Assembly: GCA_902540995.1 (NCBI GenBank)
Contig: CACBOY010000004.1
Span: 1,609-65,608, forward strand
Source: an uncultured SAR86 cluster bacterium
GTDB lineage: Bacteria > Pseudomonadota > Gammaproteobacteria > Magnimaribacterales > AG-339-G14
DNA: 64,000 bases
Reading direction: 5' to 3'
Shown here one piece after another: positions 1 to 10,016 of this stretch (position 1 is the stretch's first letter; each line of letters opens with the position of its first letter). Below the pieces are notes generated by a model, which was given only the letters and a program-made list of their open reading frames with translations, ran no database searches and was not told the origin of the DNA. The position numbers and the translations under genes were made by a program.

Positions 1-266
1 AAAGATAGACCCGCGGTGATATCAATATTTGAAAGCTTATTTGAATATTTAGCCAATAAGACACTGGTAACCAAGATTGTTGGTTGCGAGAATTCAGTAA
101 GATTTATCTTTTCTTCCGGTCCGTTTCGGAGTAAATCTTCTAAATCAAAATCTAGGGATTTGGAAACATCATCAATGGTTGATTTTACCTCAGAGATTTC
201 TTCGAAAAGTGAATTTAGCATACCAACTTTTTGGACGCCTTGACCAGGAAACAATAATGCTTTCAT
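1..266 (-). CDS. Malonyl-CoA:ACP transacylase (FabD)-like acyltransferase, N-terminal part only (gene runs off the left edge)
   Basis: Not in the ORF track. Reverse-strand ATG at 266-264. My translation MKALLFPGQGVQKVGML...GPEEKINLTEFSQPTILVTSVLL...ITAGLS matches the FabD N-terminus (FPGQGxQxVGM, TxxxQP, AG-x-S elbow). ATGA overlap with the stop of the upstream monooxygenase. Confidence 0.7.
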   Translation of the reverse strand, partial: MKALLFPGQGVQKVGMLNSLFEEISEVKSTIDDVSKSLDFDLEDLLRNGPEEKINLTEFSQPTILVTSVLLAKYSNKLSNIDITAGLS

Positions 267-1759
267 GTATTAAGAGAAAATTCTGTTTCCAAGGACTCAA
301 TCATTTCTGAAAGGGAAGAGATATCTTCTACGCCACCATAGGTATATTTATCTGGTCTAACTAAAACTGCCTTATATTTTTCAAAAACAGCTTTTAGTCT
401 TTCCTCTGAATCATCATTAGATTCTATTGTCACCAATTTAATACCAAGTAAATCGACAATAGATTTTGCTTTGTCAGATAAATCCAAATTTGATTCTTTA
501 GTTAAGACTGCAAAATTTCCATTAATAATTCTATCAAGCATTTCTTTTTTATTATTTTTTGACAGGACGGGTTGAGGAATTGGTACTCCAGTTATCATAT
601 CGGTAGGATCACTATAAATACCTGCTGGAATATGAGGAAAATTAACGTCGTAACTCGGACCCTTTGGCTCGTACTCTTTGCCTTCTGCAGCGGCACAAAA
701 TCCTTCAATTACCTGACCGATCGTGACTGTCTGTGCGATGGTCCACTTGGCATGAGAATGTCTTTCTTTTTGATAGGTATCTAGTATTCCTTCATTGGCT
801 TTATTTTTAAGTAAGAGATCCAACTTCCAAGAAATATTTGTTATATCTCTAATACCAGTTCCCATCCCAGCTCCCATAAATGGCGGCATTTGGTGAGCAG
901 CATCGCCGGCAATTAAGACATTACCTTTACGCCAAGTCTCAGCTATGCAAGCATGAAAAGAATAAACTTGAGCTCTTTCCAGTTTGGCATTATTTTCATT
1001 TATCCATGGCTTCAGAAGTTTCCAAACAGTCTCGTCTTTTTCTAATTCTTTTGAATTTTCTCCGGGCATTTTTTTGAATTCAAATCTAAGATGTCCACGT
1101 CTACCTGGCACATAAGTTCCAGGTCTTTTTGGATCACAAACTTGCATAGCTTCTTTTTCAGGAATGTTTATCTTTTTAGTTAAATGAGCATCACAAACTA
1201 GCCATTCTTGATTGTATTCAAAATCTTCCAAGTCAACATCCAACTCTCTTCTAACAAAGCTACTAGCTCCATCACACCCAATAAGATATCTTGAAAAAAA
1301 TGTTAATTCACCGTCTGAATTTTTACAGTTTAGTTCAACTCCTTCATCAGAATCATCAAAATTTAACAATTCTGTTCCTTCTTTAATCACAATATTGTTT
1401 TCTGATTCAACAGAAGCTCTTATGAATCCTTCTAACTCAGGTTGATAAAACAAAACTTGGTTAGGCCAGCCCATAGCTGAGACCCCGACCGGCTGTTCTA
1501 TTGTCTGAATGGGATTTAAGTTTGCATCGCCAAAATGAACACAATTAATTTCAGTTGAATTTTCTACAACTTTTTCTGCAATACCTAATCTATCAAAAGT
1601 TCTAAGTTGTTCTCCGTCAGTATTGATAGCTCTAGCTGTAGGAGAGGGACCATTATTCTTTTCAATAACTAAAACCTTATGACCTAACCTACCCATTAAG
1701 CCAGCAAAAGTAGAACCAACAGGTCCATACCCACAAATTGCTATATCAAATTGTTCCAT
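263..1759 (-). CDS. FAD-dependent aromatic-ring hydroxylase (MhpA/PheA-type flavoprotein monooxygenase)
   Basis: 498 aa. N-terminal GxGxxG (ICGYGPVGS), CDGASSFVRR and GDAAHQMPPFMGAGMGTGIRD motifs typical of group A flavoprotein hydroxylases. Confidence 0.85.
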   Translation of the reverse strand: MEQFDIAICGYGPVGSTFAGLMGRLGHKVLVIEKNNGPSPTARAINTDGEQLRTFDRLGIAEKVVENSTEINCVHFGDANLNPIQTIEQPVGVSAMGWPNQVLFYQPELEGFIRASVESENNIVIKEGTELLNFDDSDEGVELNCKNSDGELTFFSRYLIGCDGASSFVRRELDVDLEDFEYNQEWLVCDAHLTKKINIPEKEAMQVCDPKRPGTYVPGRRGHLRFEFKKMPGENSKELEKDETVWKLLKPWINENNAKLERAQVYSFHACIAETWRKGNVLIAGDAAHQMPPFMGAGMGTGIRDITNISWKLDLLLKNKANEGILDTYQKERHSHAKWTIAQTVTIGQVIEGFCAAAEGKEYEPKGPSYDVNFPHIPAGIYSDPTDMITGVPIPQPVLSKNNKKEMLDRIINGNFAVLTKESNLDLSDKAKSIVDLLGIKLVTIESNDDSEERLKAVFEKYKAVLVRPDKYTYGGVEDISSLSEMIESLETEFSLNT

Positions 1760-1822
1760 TAATGAGCGTTTAGATTTTCAAAAATTTATTATAATATTTT
1801 TTGTAAATTTGCGGAGAAAACC

Positions 1823-2830
1823 ATGGAACCAATTATTAAAGCAATCGATGTGCAGTACTGCACTTTGCAATGTCCTGATTTAGATATTCAAGAACAATTT
1901 CTCATTCATTTTGGAATGCATACTGTAGAAAAAACTAATGAAATGCTCTTAATGAAAGGAGACGGTCCACAACCCTTTATTGAAAAGGTTTTAAAAGGGG
2001 AAAAAAAGTTTATAAGTAATGCCTTTCTTGCAGCATCAATGCAAGATTTAGAAAAGATAAGTAAGACTGATTCATTCTCTGATATTGAGGAACTTAGTAC
2101 TCCTGGGGGCGGATTTGTTACTAAGGGGAAAGACTTAGATGGTTTTGGGGTAGAAATAGTTTTTGGAATCAAAGAACTTGAGAAAACTGCTGAAACCATC
2201 CCTACGAACGAAGGACGAACCGTTAATAGAGTTAACCAAATGAAAAGATTTGTAAAAGGTTCATATCCAAGAATTTTAAGATTTGCTCATTGTGGTTTGA
2301 ATGCAATTAATCCTTTAGAGTCTTTTAAGTGGTATCAGCAACATCTCGGTTTGTTAGCTACGGATAAATTGTTCATGGGCGACCCAAAAGAACCGCAAAC
2401 ACCCTTATTTGGTATATTTTCAAGACTTGATAAAGGGATGGATCCTGCTGATCATCACACTTTATTCTTCCTCTCAGCGCCATTCTTATCTGAAGGCAAA
2501 CCTGTAATGAATCATGTTTCATTTGAAATGTTTAATATTGATGATGTTTTTACTGGTCATGAAATGTTAGATTCTAAGAAAGAGGAATTTAATTATTTTC
2601 AAGAATGGGGTATCGGTCGTCATTATCAAGGTAGTCAGTTATTTGATTACTGGAGAAATCCCTTTGGCCAAACTCACGAACATCAAACTGATGGCGATAT
2701 GTTTGATAATACTTTTCCAACTAGAGAACTAAATGTTCAGAAGGACGAAATAGGCCTTGGCAATGAACCCAATGAGTCACAATGGGGTCCTGCAATTAGC
2801 AATACTTTTGGAAACGCAGAAAACGGCTAA
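1823..2830 (+). CDS. VOC-superfamily (glyoxalase / extradiol dioxygenase-like) protein
   Basis: 335 aa. The segments FAHCGLNAINPLESFKWYQQHLGL, HHTLFF and NHVSFEM resemble VOC/extradiol dioxygenase metal-binding modules. Divergent from the hydroxylase gene. Family level only. Confidence 0.5.
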   Translation: MEPIIKAIDVQYCTLQCPDLDIQEQFLIHFGMHTVEKTNEMLLMKGDGPQPFIEKVLKGEKKFISNAFLAASMQDLEKISKTDSFSDIEELSTPGGGFVTKGKDLDGFGVEIVFGIKELEKTAETIPTNEGRTVNRVNQMKRFVKGSYPRILRFAHCGLNAINPLESFKWYQQHLGLLATDKLFMGDPKEPQTPLFGIFSRLDKGMDPADHHTLFFLSAPFLSEGKPVMNHVSFEMFNIDDVFTGHEMLDSKKEEFNYFQEWGIGRHYQGSQLFDYWRNPFGQTHEHQTDGDMFDNTFPTRELNVQKDEIGLGNEPNESQWGPAISNTFGNAENG

Positions 2831-2833
2831 TCT

Positions 2834-3610
2834 ATGGAATTAGGTATTTCAGGAAAAAAAGCAATTATTTGTGCATCCAGTAGAGGCCTAGGAAAAGCAT
2901 GCGCTCATGATTTAGCAAAAGAAGGTGCTGAAATCATTATAAATGGGGTCAATGAAGAAAATTTAAAAAAAACTGAAGAAGAGTTTTTAAACAAAGGTTT
3001 TAAAGTAACCTCTGTATTAGGGGCAATGGAAGATTCTTCTACTAGGTCAGCTTTGCTTGAAGCTTGTCCTGATCCAGATATTTTGATTAATAACAGTGGT
3101 GGGCCACCACCTGGAAATTTTTTTGATTGGACTGAAGAAGATTTTCTTTCAGCAATTAAATCCAATTTCACTCAATCAGCTTTACTCATGCAAGCTGTGA
3201 TCCCAAAAATGAAAGAAAAGAATTTTGGACGTATAGTCAATATAACTTCAGCGATGGTTAAAAATCCTCATTTAATCATGGGACTTTCAACTTCGGCTCG
3301 TTCCGGTTTGCATGGATTATCAAAAGCCTTATCTCGAGAAGTTGCGCAATACAACATAACTATTAATAACGTTTTGCCAGAAAGAATTGATACCGATAGA
3401 CAGACTCAAATTTTAAACTTTCAAGCAAAATTAGCGGACTCAACATATGAAGAAGCAAAAAAAGAGCTTGAGGAGACTTTAACGGCTAAAAGAATGGGAA
3501 CAGTAGAAGAGTTTTCTGGTATTTGTACTTTTCTTTGTTCGGAACAAGCAGCCTATATTTCAGGACAAAACATTTCGGTAGATGGTGGAAATTCTACCAA
3601 CCTTATTTAA
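2834..3610 (+). CDS. Short-chain dehydrogenase/reductase (SDR) family oxidoreductase
   Basis: 258 aa. N-terminal glycine-rich dinucleotide motif (ICASSRGLGKA), NNSGG, C-terminal YISGQNISVDGG typical of classical SDRs. Starts 4 nt after the preceding gene. Confidence 0.85.
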   Translation: MELGISGKKAIICASSRGLGKACAHDLAKEGAEIIINGVNEENLKKTEEEFLNKGFKVTSVLGAMEDSSTRSALLEACPDPDILINNSGGPPPGNFFDWTEEDFLSAIKSNFTQSALLMQAVIPKMKEKNFGRIVNITSAMVKNPHLIMGLSTSARSGLHGLSKALSREVAQYNITINNVLPERIDTDRQTQILNFQAKLADSTYEEAKKELEETLTAKRMGTVEEFSGICTFLCSEQAAYISGQNISVDGGNSTNLI

Positions 3611-4634
3611 CGCCTAATTTTTCTTGTAGACCTTTATTTGAGGTCGTGTAACCAAAAGGCACCCGTTTTCCAGGATTAATTCTTTTGTAAGCCTCTTGAA
3701 CTGCAATTGTAGTTTCATGAAACCCGCATAAGATTAAATCTAGTTTTCCAGGATAAGTATTTATATCTCCAACAGCGAAAATACCTTCTTTGTTTGTTTG
3801 GTAATTTTCAGTATCAACGGCAATCTTTTTTCCATCCAAATCTATTTCCCAATCCAAAATGGGACCAAGTTGCTTGTTTAAACCAAAGAAAAATAGTGCT
3901 TCATCGCATTCTAAGATTTCATCTTCTTTAGTTTGAAAGTGCATGAGCTCAACGCCTTCAAAAGATGAATCTCCTTTTATTGATTTGATCACAAAAGGTA
4001 TTTTTAATTCAATTTTGCCATCCTTCACTAACTCTCTCATTTGATTTTCAGTATGTTCTGCTCCTCTAAAGTCGTCTCTTCGATGTACTAGGTAAATTTT
4101 CTTAGCGATTTTTGACAACTCAACTGACCAATCTAGAGCACTATCTCCACCACCAAAAATGACAATTTCTTTATCTTTGTATTTATCTTTTTCCTTAATT
4201 GCATAGTCGACACCCTTTGATAGGAATTTATCAGGATCTTCCACTGGTGGTTTTCTAGGTTCAAAGGCGCCAGCTCCTGCAGCTATAAAAACATTTTTCG
4301 TCTTAAATTCGGTATTTTCATTAGTCACAACTCTCCAGAAATTATCTGGTAGCTCTTCTAAAACATCCACTCTCTGGTTGAGATGCGTTTCATAGGAAAA
4401 GGGCTTAATTTGTTCTAGTAGGGCATCAATGTGTTCTTTTCCAGTTTGATTAGCAACCCCTGGTATATCGTAAATCGGTTTTTCTGGATAGAGTTCTATA
4501 CACTGTCCACCAACCTTATCTAGGTTATCAATCAAATGACAATCCAAACCCAAGAGACCAGCTTCAAAAACTGTAAACAGTCCAACAGGACCTGCACCAA
4601 TTATTACGATATCTGTTTCTATTATTTTCGACAT
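3603..4634 (-). CDS. Ferredoxin-NADP+ reductase, thioredoxin-reductase-like type
   Basis: 343 aa. IIGAGPVGLF...GGQCIELYPEKPIYDIPG, a second GGGDSALDW dinucleotide motif and GDINTYPGK are characteristic of TrxR-like FNR. Confidence 0.8.
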   Translation of the reverse strand: MSKIIETDIVIIGAGPVGLFTVFEAGLLGLDCHLIDNLDKVGGQCIELYPEKPIYDIPGVANQTGKEHIDALLEQIKPFSYETHLNQRVDVLEELPDNFWRVVTNENTEFKTKNVFIAAGAGAFEPRKPPVEDPDKFLSKGVDYAIKEKDKYKDKEIVIFGGGDSALDWSVELSKIAKKIYLVHRRDDFRGAEHTENQMRELVKDGKIELKIPFVIKSIKGDSSFEGVELMHFQTKEDEILECDEALFFFGLNKQLGPILDWEIDLDGKKIAVDTENYQTNKEGIFAVGDINTYPGKLDLILCGFHETTIAVQEAYKRINPGKRVPFGYTTSNKGLQEKLGVK

Positions 4635-4966
4635 TAACTTACCTTCATTCCTGGTAACGCATCAGCATCAGGTCCAACCAGATAAACACCACTATCTTCA
4701 TTACTTGCAGCTAAAATCATTCCTTCTGAGGTACCAAATCTCATTTCCCGAGGTTTTAAATTATTGACGCAAACCACCATTTTGTTGAGTAAATTTTCGG
4801 GCTCATAATATTTTTTGATTCCAGCAAAAACAGTTTTTTCACCCAGCTCACCAAGATCTAATTTTAATTGCACCAATTTATCAGCTTCCTCAATTTCACT
4901 AACCTCTACTACTTTTGCAATTCTTAAATCAACTTTAAAGAAGTCATCAATTGTAATTTCATCCAC
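4634..4966 (-). CDS. Stand-alone tRNA-binding (Trbp111/EMAPII-like OB) domain protein, equivalent to the MetRS C-terminal domain
   Basis: 110 aa, GTG start. [19 protein letters not shown]...[10 protein letters not shown]...[24 protein letters not shown] matches the C-terminal appended domain of E. coli-type MetG. Overlaps the metG stop by 8 nt. Confidence 0.8.
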   Translation of the reverse strand: MDEITIDDFFKVDLRIAKVVEVSEIEEADKLVQLKLDLGELGEKTVFAGIKKYYEPENLLNKMVVCVNNLKPREMRFGTSEGMILAASNEDSGVYLVGPDADALPGMKVS

Positions 4967-6608
4967 TTTTACTTGCCTCTATAAGATTATCAATTTTATC
5001 GTCTTCAATCCTTTCAATTAAGGGCTTGAAAGATTGTATTTCATGATTTTTAACTGAAACTGTTATATGTTCAAAATTATCTTCAGTTAAATTCAAATAA
5101 TTTTTAATTTTAAATGCAGTTTCAGGGATTATGGGTTCTAAGCAAATATTTAATATCCTGAATAAATTCATCCCAGTACTAGAAATTTTTATAACTTCCT
5201 TTTCGTTAATTTCCTCTTTAGCTAACACCCAAGGTTGATTGTGATCGATATATTGATTTGCAGAATCTGCCAGTTTCATAATTCGTTTGCAGGCATTTGA
5301 GTAATCCAAATTTATATAGTCTTGGAAAATCAATTTTGCTTCTTTTTTGAATTCATCAATAAGATTTTCTTCTAAATCTGAACCCAATTTATTGCCATTA
5401 GTTTTCAAAAATTTCTGGACTCTACTAGCAATATTAATAAACTTTCCTACTAAATCGGTATTAACTTTTTTTTGAAAGTCTTTTAAATCAAAATCAATAT
5501 CATCGATTTTATTGGTGAGTTTTGATGCTAAATAATATCTTAAGTAATCAGAATCCAATTCTGTTGAATATTGATCTGCAAGCAGAAAGTTGCCTTTAGA
5601 TTTTGACATTTTATTACCATTCAAAGTTAAAAAACCATGTACGAAAACATTAGATGGTTTTTTAAATTCTGCTGCATGCAATAAAGCTGGCCAAAACAAA
5701 GCATGAAAATTGAGAATATCTTTTCCTATGAAATGATAAATTTCATACTTTGAATCTTCGCTCCAAAGATCTTTAGCTGATGCTTTATTATTTGAATCCT
5801 TTAAGAATTTTTCTAAAGTTCCAATGTAGCCAATAGGTGCATCAAGCCAAACATAAAAAAATTTATCTTCAAATCCCGGAATTTTAAAACCAAAATAGGG
5901 CGCATCTCTAGATATATCCCAATCCATCAAACCATCTTTGAACCATTCTTGAAGTTTATTAATGACACTTTCTTGTAAAGAGGACTCGTCTATCCATTTT
6001 TTTATTTCGGCTTCTAATTTTGTTAAGGAAAAAAATAAATGTTCACTATCTTTTATCACTGGAGGTTTTTTAGAAAAAATTGATAGAGGATTTATCAATT
6101 CGGTAGCTTCGTACTTAGCTCCGCAAACATCGCAGTTATCACCATATTGATCTGGCGCATTGCATTTTGGACAATTTCCTTGAACGTAACGATCGGCTAG
6201 AAATAATTTTTTATCTTCATCAAAGAGTTGCTTTATATTTTGTTTTTTAATGTAGCCATTTTCTAAAGCTGTATTGTAAATAAGCTCACTATATTTTTTA
6301 TTTTCTTCACTATGCGTTTGATAATAACAATCATGACTTACCTGAAAAGCGTCTAAGGTTTTTTTATGAGCTTTCATGTATTTATCAACCAATTTTTCAG
6401 GAGCAATATTTTCTTCTTCAGCTTTCATCATTATAGGAGTACCGTGAGCATCAGAAGCACAAAGATAAATGCAATGGTTTCCCAAAATACGCTGAGATCT
6501 AACCCAAATATCAGTTTGAATGTGCTCTAGTAAGTGTCCAAAATGAAGAGGACCGTTAGCATAGGGAAGGGCACTAGTAACAATTAGTTCTTTTTTTTTC
6601 ATTGTCAT
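4959..6608 (-). CDS. metG: Methionyl-tRNA synthetase, catalytic core plus anticodon-binding domain, without the C-terminal tRNA-binding domain
   Basis: 549 aa. HIGH-type motif ([15 protein letters not shown]), Zn knuckle [23 protein letters not shown] motif. Confidence 0.95.
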   Translation of the reverse strand: MTMKKKELIVTSALPYANGPLHFGHLLEHIQTDIWVRSQRILGNHCIYLCASDAHGTPIMMKAEEENIAPEKLVDKYMKAHKKTLDAFQVSHDCYYQTHSEENKKYSELIYNTALENGYIKKQNIKQLFDEDKKLFLADRYVQGNCPKCNAPDQYGDNCDVCGAKYEATELINPLSIFSKKPPVIKDSEHLFFSLTKLEAEIKKWIDESSLQESVINKLQEWFKDGLMDWDISRDAPYFGFKIPGFEDKFFYVWLDAPIGYIGTLEKFLKDSNNKASAKDLWSEDSKYEIYHFIGKDILNFHALFWPALLHAAEFKKPSNVFVHGFLTLNGNKMSKSKGNFLLADQYSTELDSDYLRYYLASKLTNKIDDIDFDLKDFQKKVNTDLVGKFINIASRVQKFLKTNGNKLGSDLEENLIDEFKKEAKLIFQDYINLDYSNACKRIMKLADSANQYIDHNQPWVLAKEEINEKEVIKISSTGMNLFRILNICLEPIIPETAFKIKNYLNLTEDNFEHITVSVKNHEIQSFKPLIERIEDDKIDNLIEASKSG

Positions 6609-6625
6609 AGGAATAAGCTATTACC

Positions 6626-7366
6626 ATGGAGAGAAAACATTTTATCTTAAATGCTAAAAGTATTCTTTTGATTTTATTGTTGGTGACTACTGGTTGTGCA
6701 ACAACAAACAGCATGTCAGGTGATTTTAATCCTGAGGATCCCTATGAAAAAAGCAATAGAAAAGTTTTCGAATTCAATAACAAAATAGATAAATTGTTTC
6801 TAAGACCTGTTACTGACTTTTATGACAAAGCTACACCTGAATTTGCTCAAACTTCAATAACCAATTTCTTTGCTAATTTGGATGATATAAGAATTTCAAT
6901 AAATAACTTGTTACAAGGCAATGTTGTTGATTCCATGAGCGATATAACTCGGTTTTTCATAAATTCTATTTTCGGACTTGGCGGTTTCTTTGATGTTGCC
7001 TCGGAAATGGGGCTAGAAAAACACAGTGAAGACTTCGGGCAAACTTTAGGTAAATGGGGAGCAAAGCCTGGCCCATATTTAATGCTTCCCTTTCTAGGAC
7101 CAAGTACCACTAGAGATGCTTTTACCTTTGTCGGCGATACTGCTTTAGCTCCGGCTCTGTCATTGGATGATAACGCTGCAAGAGTGGGTCTTATTTCTCT
7201 TGATCTAATAAACACTTACTCAGCATTTACAGGTATTGCAGATATAGAAAGTAAAGATCAATATGCTTTTTTAAGAGATGCTTACTTAGAGAGAAGAAAA
7301 TACGAAATCAATGATGGATTATCGGAAGAAGATCTTTCTAATGATGAAGACTTTGAAGATTTCTAG
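6626..7366 (+). CDS. mlaA: MlaA/VacJ family outer-membrane lipoprotein
   Basis: 246 aa. Signal peptide plus lipobox (VTTGC). DPYEKSNRKVFEFN...FFINSIFGLGGFFDVA...GPYLMLPFLGPSTTRD matches the MlaA core. Confidence 0.85.
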   Translation: MERKHFILNAKSILLILLLVTTGCATTNSMSGDFNPEDPYEKSNRKVFEFNNKIDKLFLRPVTDFYDKATPEFAQTSITNFFANLDDIRISINNLLQGNVVDSMSDITRFFINSIFGLGGFFDVASEMGLEKHSEDFGQTLGKWGAKPGPYLMLPFLGPSTTRDAFTFVGDTALAPALSLDDNAARVGLISLDLINTYSAFTGIADIESKDQYAFLRDAYLERRKYEINDGLSEEDLSNDEDFEDF

Positions 7367-8617
7367 CTAGTCAATAAAAGCGCTATACACCATAGACTGC
7401 ATCTGTACTCTGATTGGATAGTAACCCGATGGCATTAACTGAGTCATTAAAATACAAATCAACTCTTCTTGAGGATCAACCCAGAAAAAAGTGCTAGCGG
7501 CGCCACCCCAGTTAAAGCTGCCAACCGAACCGGAATTTTGAGTATCAGCTAAATCAATATTGACACCAAAACCCAATCCAAAGCCAACACCTTTATATCT
7601 TATTTCACTAAAACTTCCTTCAGAACCCATGGTAACCATATCTTGATTTTCGGGCAGGTGATTTGAAGTCATCAATTCAATTGTTTTTCTTGATAAAAGC
7701 CTCTTGCCCTCAAAAGTTCCCCCATTTAATAGCATCTGACAAAAATTATAATAATCCTCGGTAGTGGAAACTAGACCTCCTCCTCCTGATAGATGTAAGG
7801 GGGAGCTTGAATAACCACTTTTACTATCTCCCGTATCTTGAAGTCTTAGATATTCCTTGGGAGTCCTTTCATAACATGCTGCAAATCTTTTAATCTTATT
7901 CTTCGGGACATAAAAACCTGTATCTTTCATCTTGAGAGGCTTAAAAATATATTTTGTAAAATAATCATCCAAAGTCATTCCACTCAAAACTTCTATCAAT
8001 CTTCCACAAATATCTGTAGCTACACTGTAGTTCCATTTATCTCCGGGACTGAATTCGAGAGGCAAGCTTGCAATGGACTGAGAAAAATTTTCTAGGTCAA
8101 GAGGAGGAAAACTAAAATCAGTGTTATCTCCTCGTGGACCACTCCAGACTTTACGATAGGCATGATCGATATTTGTTCGATAGTGAAATCCATAAGTTAA
8201 GCCAGCAGTATGAGTTAGTAGATCTCTAATGGAGATTTCTCTATCAGCAGGACGAGTCATGAAATGCGGATAACTTCCAGAAACAAAGACTTTGGGATTC
8301 TTAAATTCAGGTAAAAATTTTCCAACGGGATCAGCTAACTGAAAAAGACCTTGTTCGAACAGTTGCATTAAGGCAACACTGGTAATGGGCTTAGTCATTG
8401 AGTAAATTCTGAAAATAGTATCTTTCTCAATTTTTTTATTATTCTCGACATCTCTTAATCCAGTAGATTCGAAATGTACTACTTTTCCTTTTCTTGCAAT
8501 TAAAGTTTGAATTCCAGCAAGTTTGCCATTTTTGATGTATTTTTCTTTGAAAAAATTTTCCATCGCCATTAATTTGTCTTTTGAAAGGCCTAATTTATCT
8601 GGATTGATAGTTTTCAT
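7367..8617 (-). CDS. Serine hydrolase, beta-lactamase (class C / esterase) family
   Basis: 416 aa. SxxK nucleophile motif (YSMTKPIT) and general AmpC/EstB-like layout. Confidence 0.85.
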   Translation of the reverse strand: MKTINPDKLGLSKDKLMAMENFFKEKYIKNGKLAGIQTLIARKGKVVHFESTGLRDVENNKKIEKDTIFRIYSMTKPITSVALMQLFEQGLFQLADPVGKFLPEFKNPKVFVSGSYPHFMTRPADREISIRDLLTHTAGLTYGFHYRTNIDHAYRKVWSGPRGDNTDFSFPPLDLENFSQSIASLPLEFSPGDKWNYSVATDICGRLIEVLSGMTLDDYFTKYIFKPLKMKDTGFYVPKNKIKRFAACYERTPKEYLRLQDTGDSKSGYSSSPLHLSGGGGLVSTTEDYYNFCQMLLNGGTFEGKRLLSRKTIELMTSNHLPENQDMVTMGSEGSFSEIRYKGVGFGLGFGVNIDLADTQNSGSVGSFNWGGAASTFFWVDPQEELICILMTQLMPSGYYPIRVQMQSMVYSAFID

Positions 8618-9057
8618 ATTTGTTCCTTTGCTGAAAGTTTAGCTTTAATAAAATCAGAATGAGCTACATAAATTAAATTGGATACCTTTCTAATTATATG
8701 TTCTTCATACTTATCTATATTCCCATCTGCATAAGCAATTTTCCACATTGATTCTATGAGCTTTACTCTCTCAGCTGCATCAAAATTATCATTTATATCG
8801 CGGGTAAACTCATATAGTGAAGTTGAATCTTCTACATTGTCTTTAGCGAGATCTATTAATTCATCTATTTCATCTTCATTTATCTGAAAATCTTTTTGCA
8901 AAGTATTCTTCAAAGCCATCAATTCAGATTCGTCGAGAATTTCATCCGCCATACTTGTTTCTAGAAGAAGAGCAATACAAGCTTTGGTTGACGTTTTATC
9001 GTCTATAGTAGGATCTTCAGACTCTTCTGTTTGGAAAATTTTCTTAAAGAAATTCAT
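8614..9057 (-). CDS. TerB-family (tellurite-resistance-like) small cytosolic protein
   Basis: 147 aa, acidic. ...ETSMADEILDESE...ESMWKIAYADGNIDKYEEHIIRKVSNLI resembles TerB/COG4103 proteins. 4-nt overlaps on both sides. Confidence 0.55.
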   Translation of the reverse strand: MNFFKKIFQTEESEDPTIDDKTSTKACIALLLETSMADEILDESELMALKNTLQKDFQINEDEIDELIDLAKDNVEDSTSLYEFTRDINDNFDAAERVKLIESMWKIAYADGNIDKYEEHIIRKVSNLIYVAHSDFIKAKLSAKEQI

Positions 9058-10016
9058 GCTGCTTGATTTTCATTTGCCAATAAAATATTTTTTAACTCAC
9101 TTTTAATTTTGTCATTTTTTTCATTACTCAACAAAAGAAGTCTGGATTTTTTTGCATTTTTTAAACCTTTAAATAAATTTAACATATGAAATTTGGTTTT
9201 TATTTCGTCTTTAAAATCCAATGTATCTATATATTCAAACATTTGATCAATGACAGATATCAATGAGTTATTTGGTTCTGTGGAATTATAAAAAATACGA
9301 TCCACATCAAATAATTTGAAGGGTAAATCATAAGCAGCTCTACCGACCATGATGCCATCCAATTTTTGAAATTTATCTTTTGCCATTTTGAAATCTTCTA
9401 TACCTCCATTAATGATTACATTCAGATGTTTGAAGTCTTTTTTAATTTGAAAAACTCTTTCATAGTTTAAAGGAGGTATTGTTCTATTTTCTTTAGGATC
9501 CAGTCCCTTTAAGAGAGCAATTCTTGCGTGCACGTAAAAAGTATTTACACCAATTTTAGTTAATTCTTCTATGAAATAATCCAATCCCTTGTTGATATCA
9601 GAGTCATCAACTCCTAATCTAATTTTTACTGAAACTTCTTTTAATGAAACCTTCATCATTTCAGATAAACAGTTTTTAACCAGATTTACATCCTTCATTA
9701 AAACTGCGCCAAAATTTCCAGATTGAACTTTAGAACTAGGACATCCTAGATTTAAATTTATCTCAGAATAATTGTATTCATTAGCTATTAAAGTAGCTTT
9801 TTTTAACTCTTTTGGACAACTTCCTCCTACTTGCAAAACAGTAGCATTTGAAATATCTGAATTATTTAAAAATCTTTCAGGCTCATTTCTATTTATTGCA
9901 TTGGCATGAATCATCTCGGTAAAAAGGATGCCTTTTTTGGACAATAAACCAGACAGATATCTGAAATGACGATCCGTCCGTCTCATCATTGGAGCAATGC
10001 AGAAAGATCTATCCAT
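9054..10016 (-). CDS. dusA: tRNA-dihydrouridine synthase A
   Basis: 320 aa. N-terminal FCIAPMMRRTDRHFRY matches the DusA signature. TIM-barrel Dus motifs (NLGCPS, KIRLG). Confidence 0.85.
   Translation of the reverse strand: MDRSFCIAPMMRRTDRHFRYLSGLLSKKGILFTEMIHANAINRNEPERFLNNSDISNATVLQVGGSCPKELKKATLIANEYNYSEINLNLGCPSSKVQSGNFGAVLMKDVNLVKNCLSEMMKVSLKEVSVKIRLGVDDSDINKGLDYFIEELTKIGVNTFYVHARIALLKGLDPKENRTIPPLNYERVFQIKKDFKHLNVIINGGIEDFKMAKDKFQKLDGIMVGRAAYDLPFKLFDVDRIFYNSTEPNNSLISVIDQMFEYIDTLDFKDEIKTKFHMLNLFKGLKNAKKSRLLLLSNEKNDKIKSELKNILLANENQAA

Noticed and set aside
16-243. 75-aa plus-strand ORF at the left edge.
   Set aside because: It is a shadow frame of the reverse-strand FabD-like gene, whose translation carries clear family motifs.
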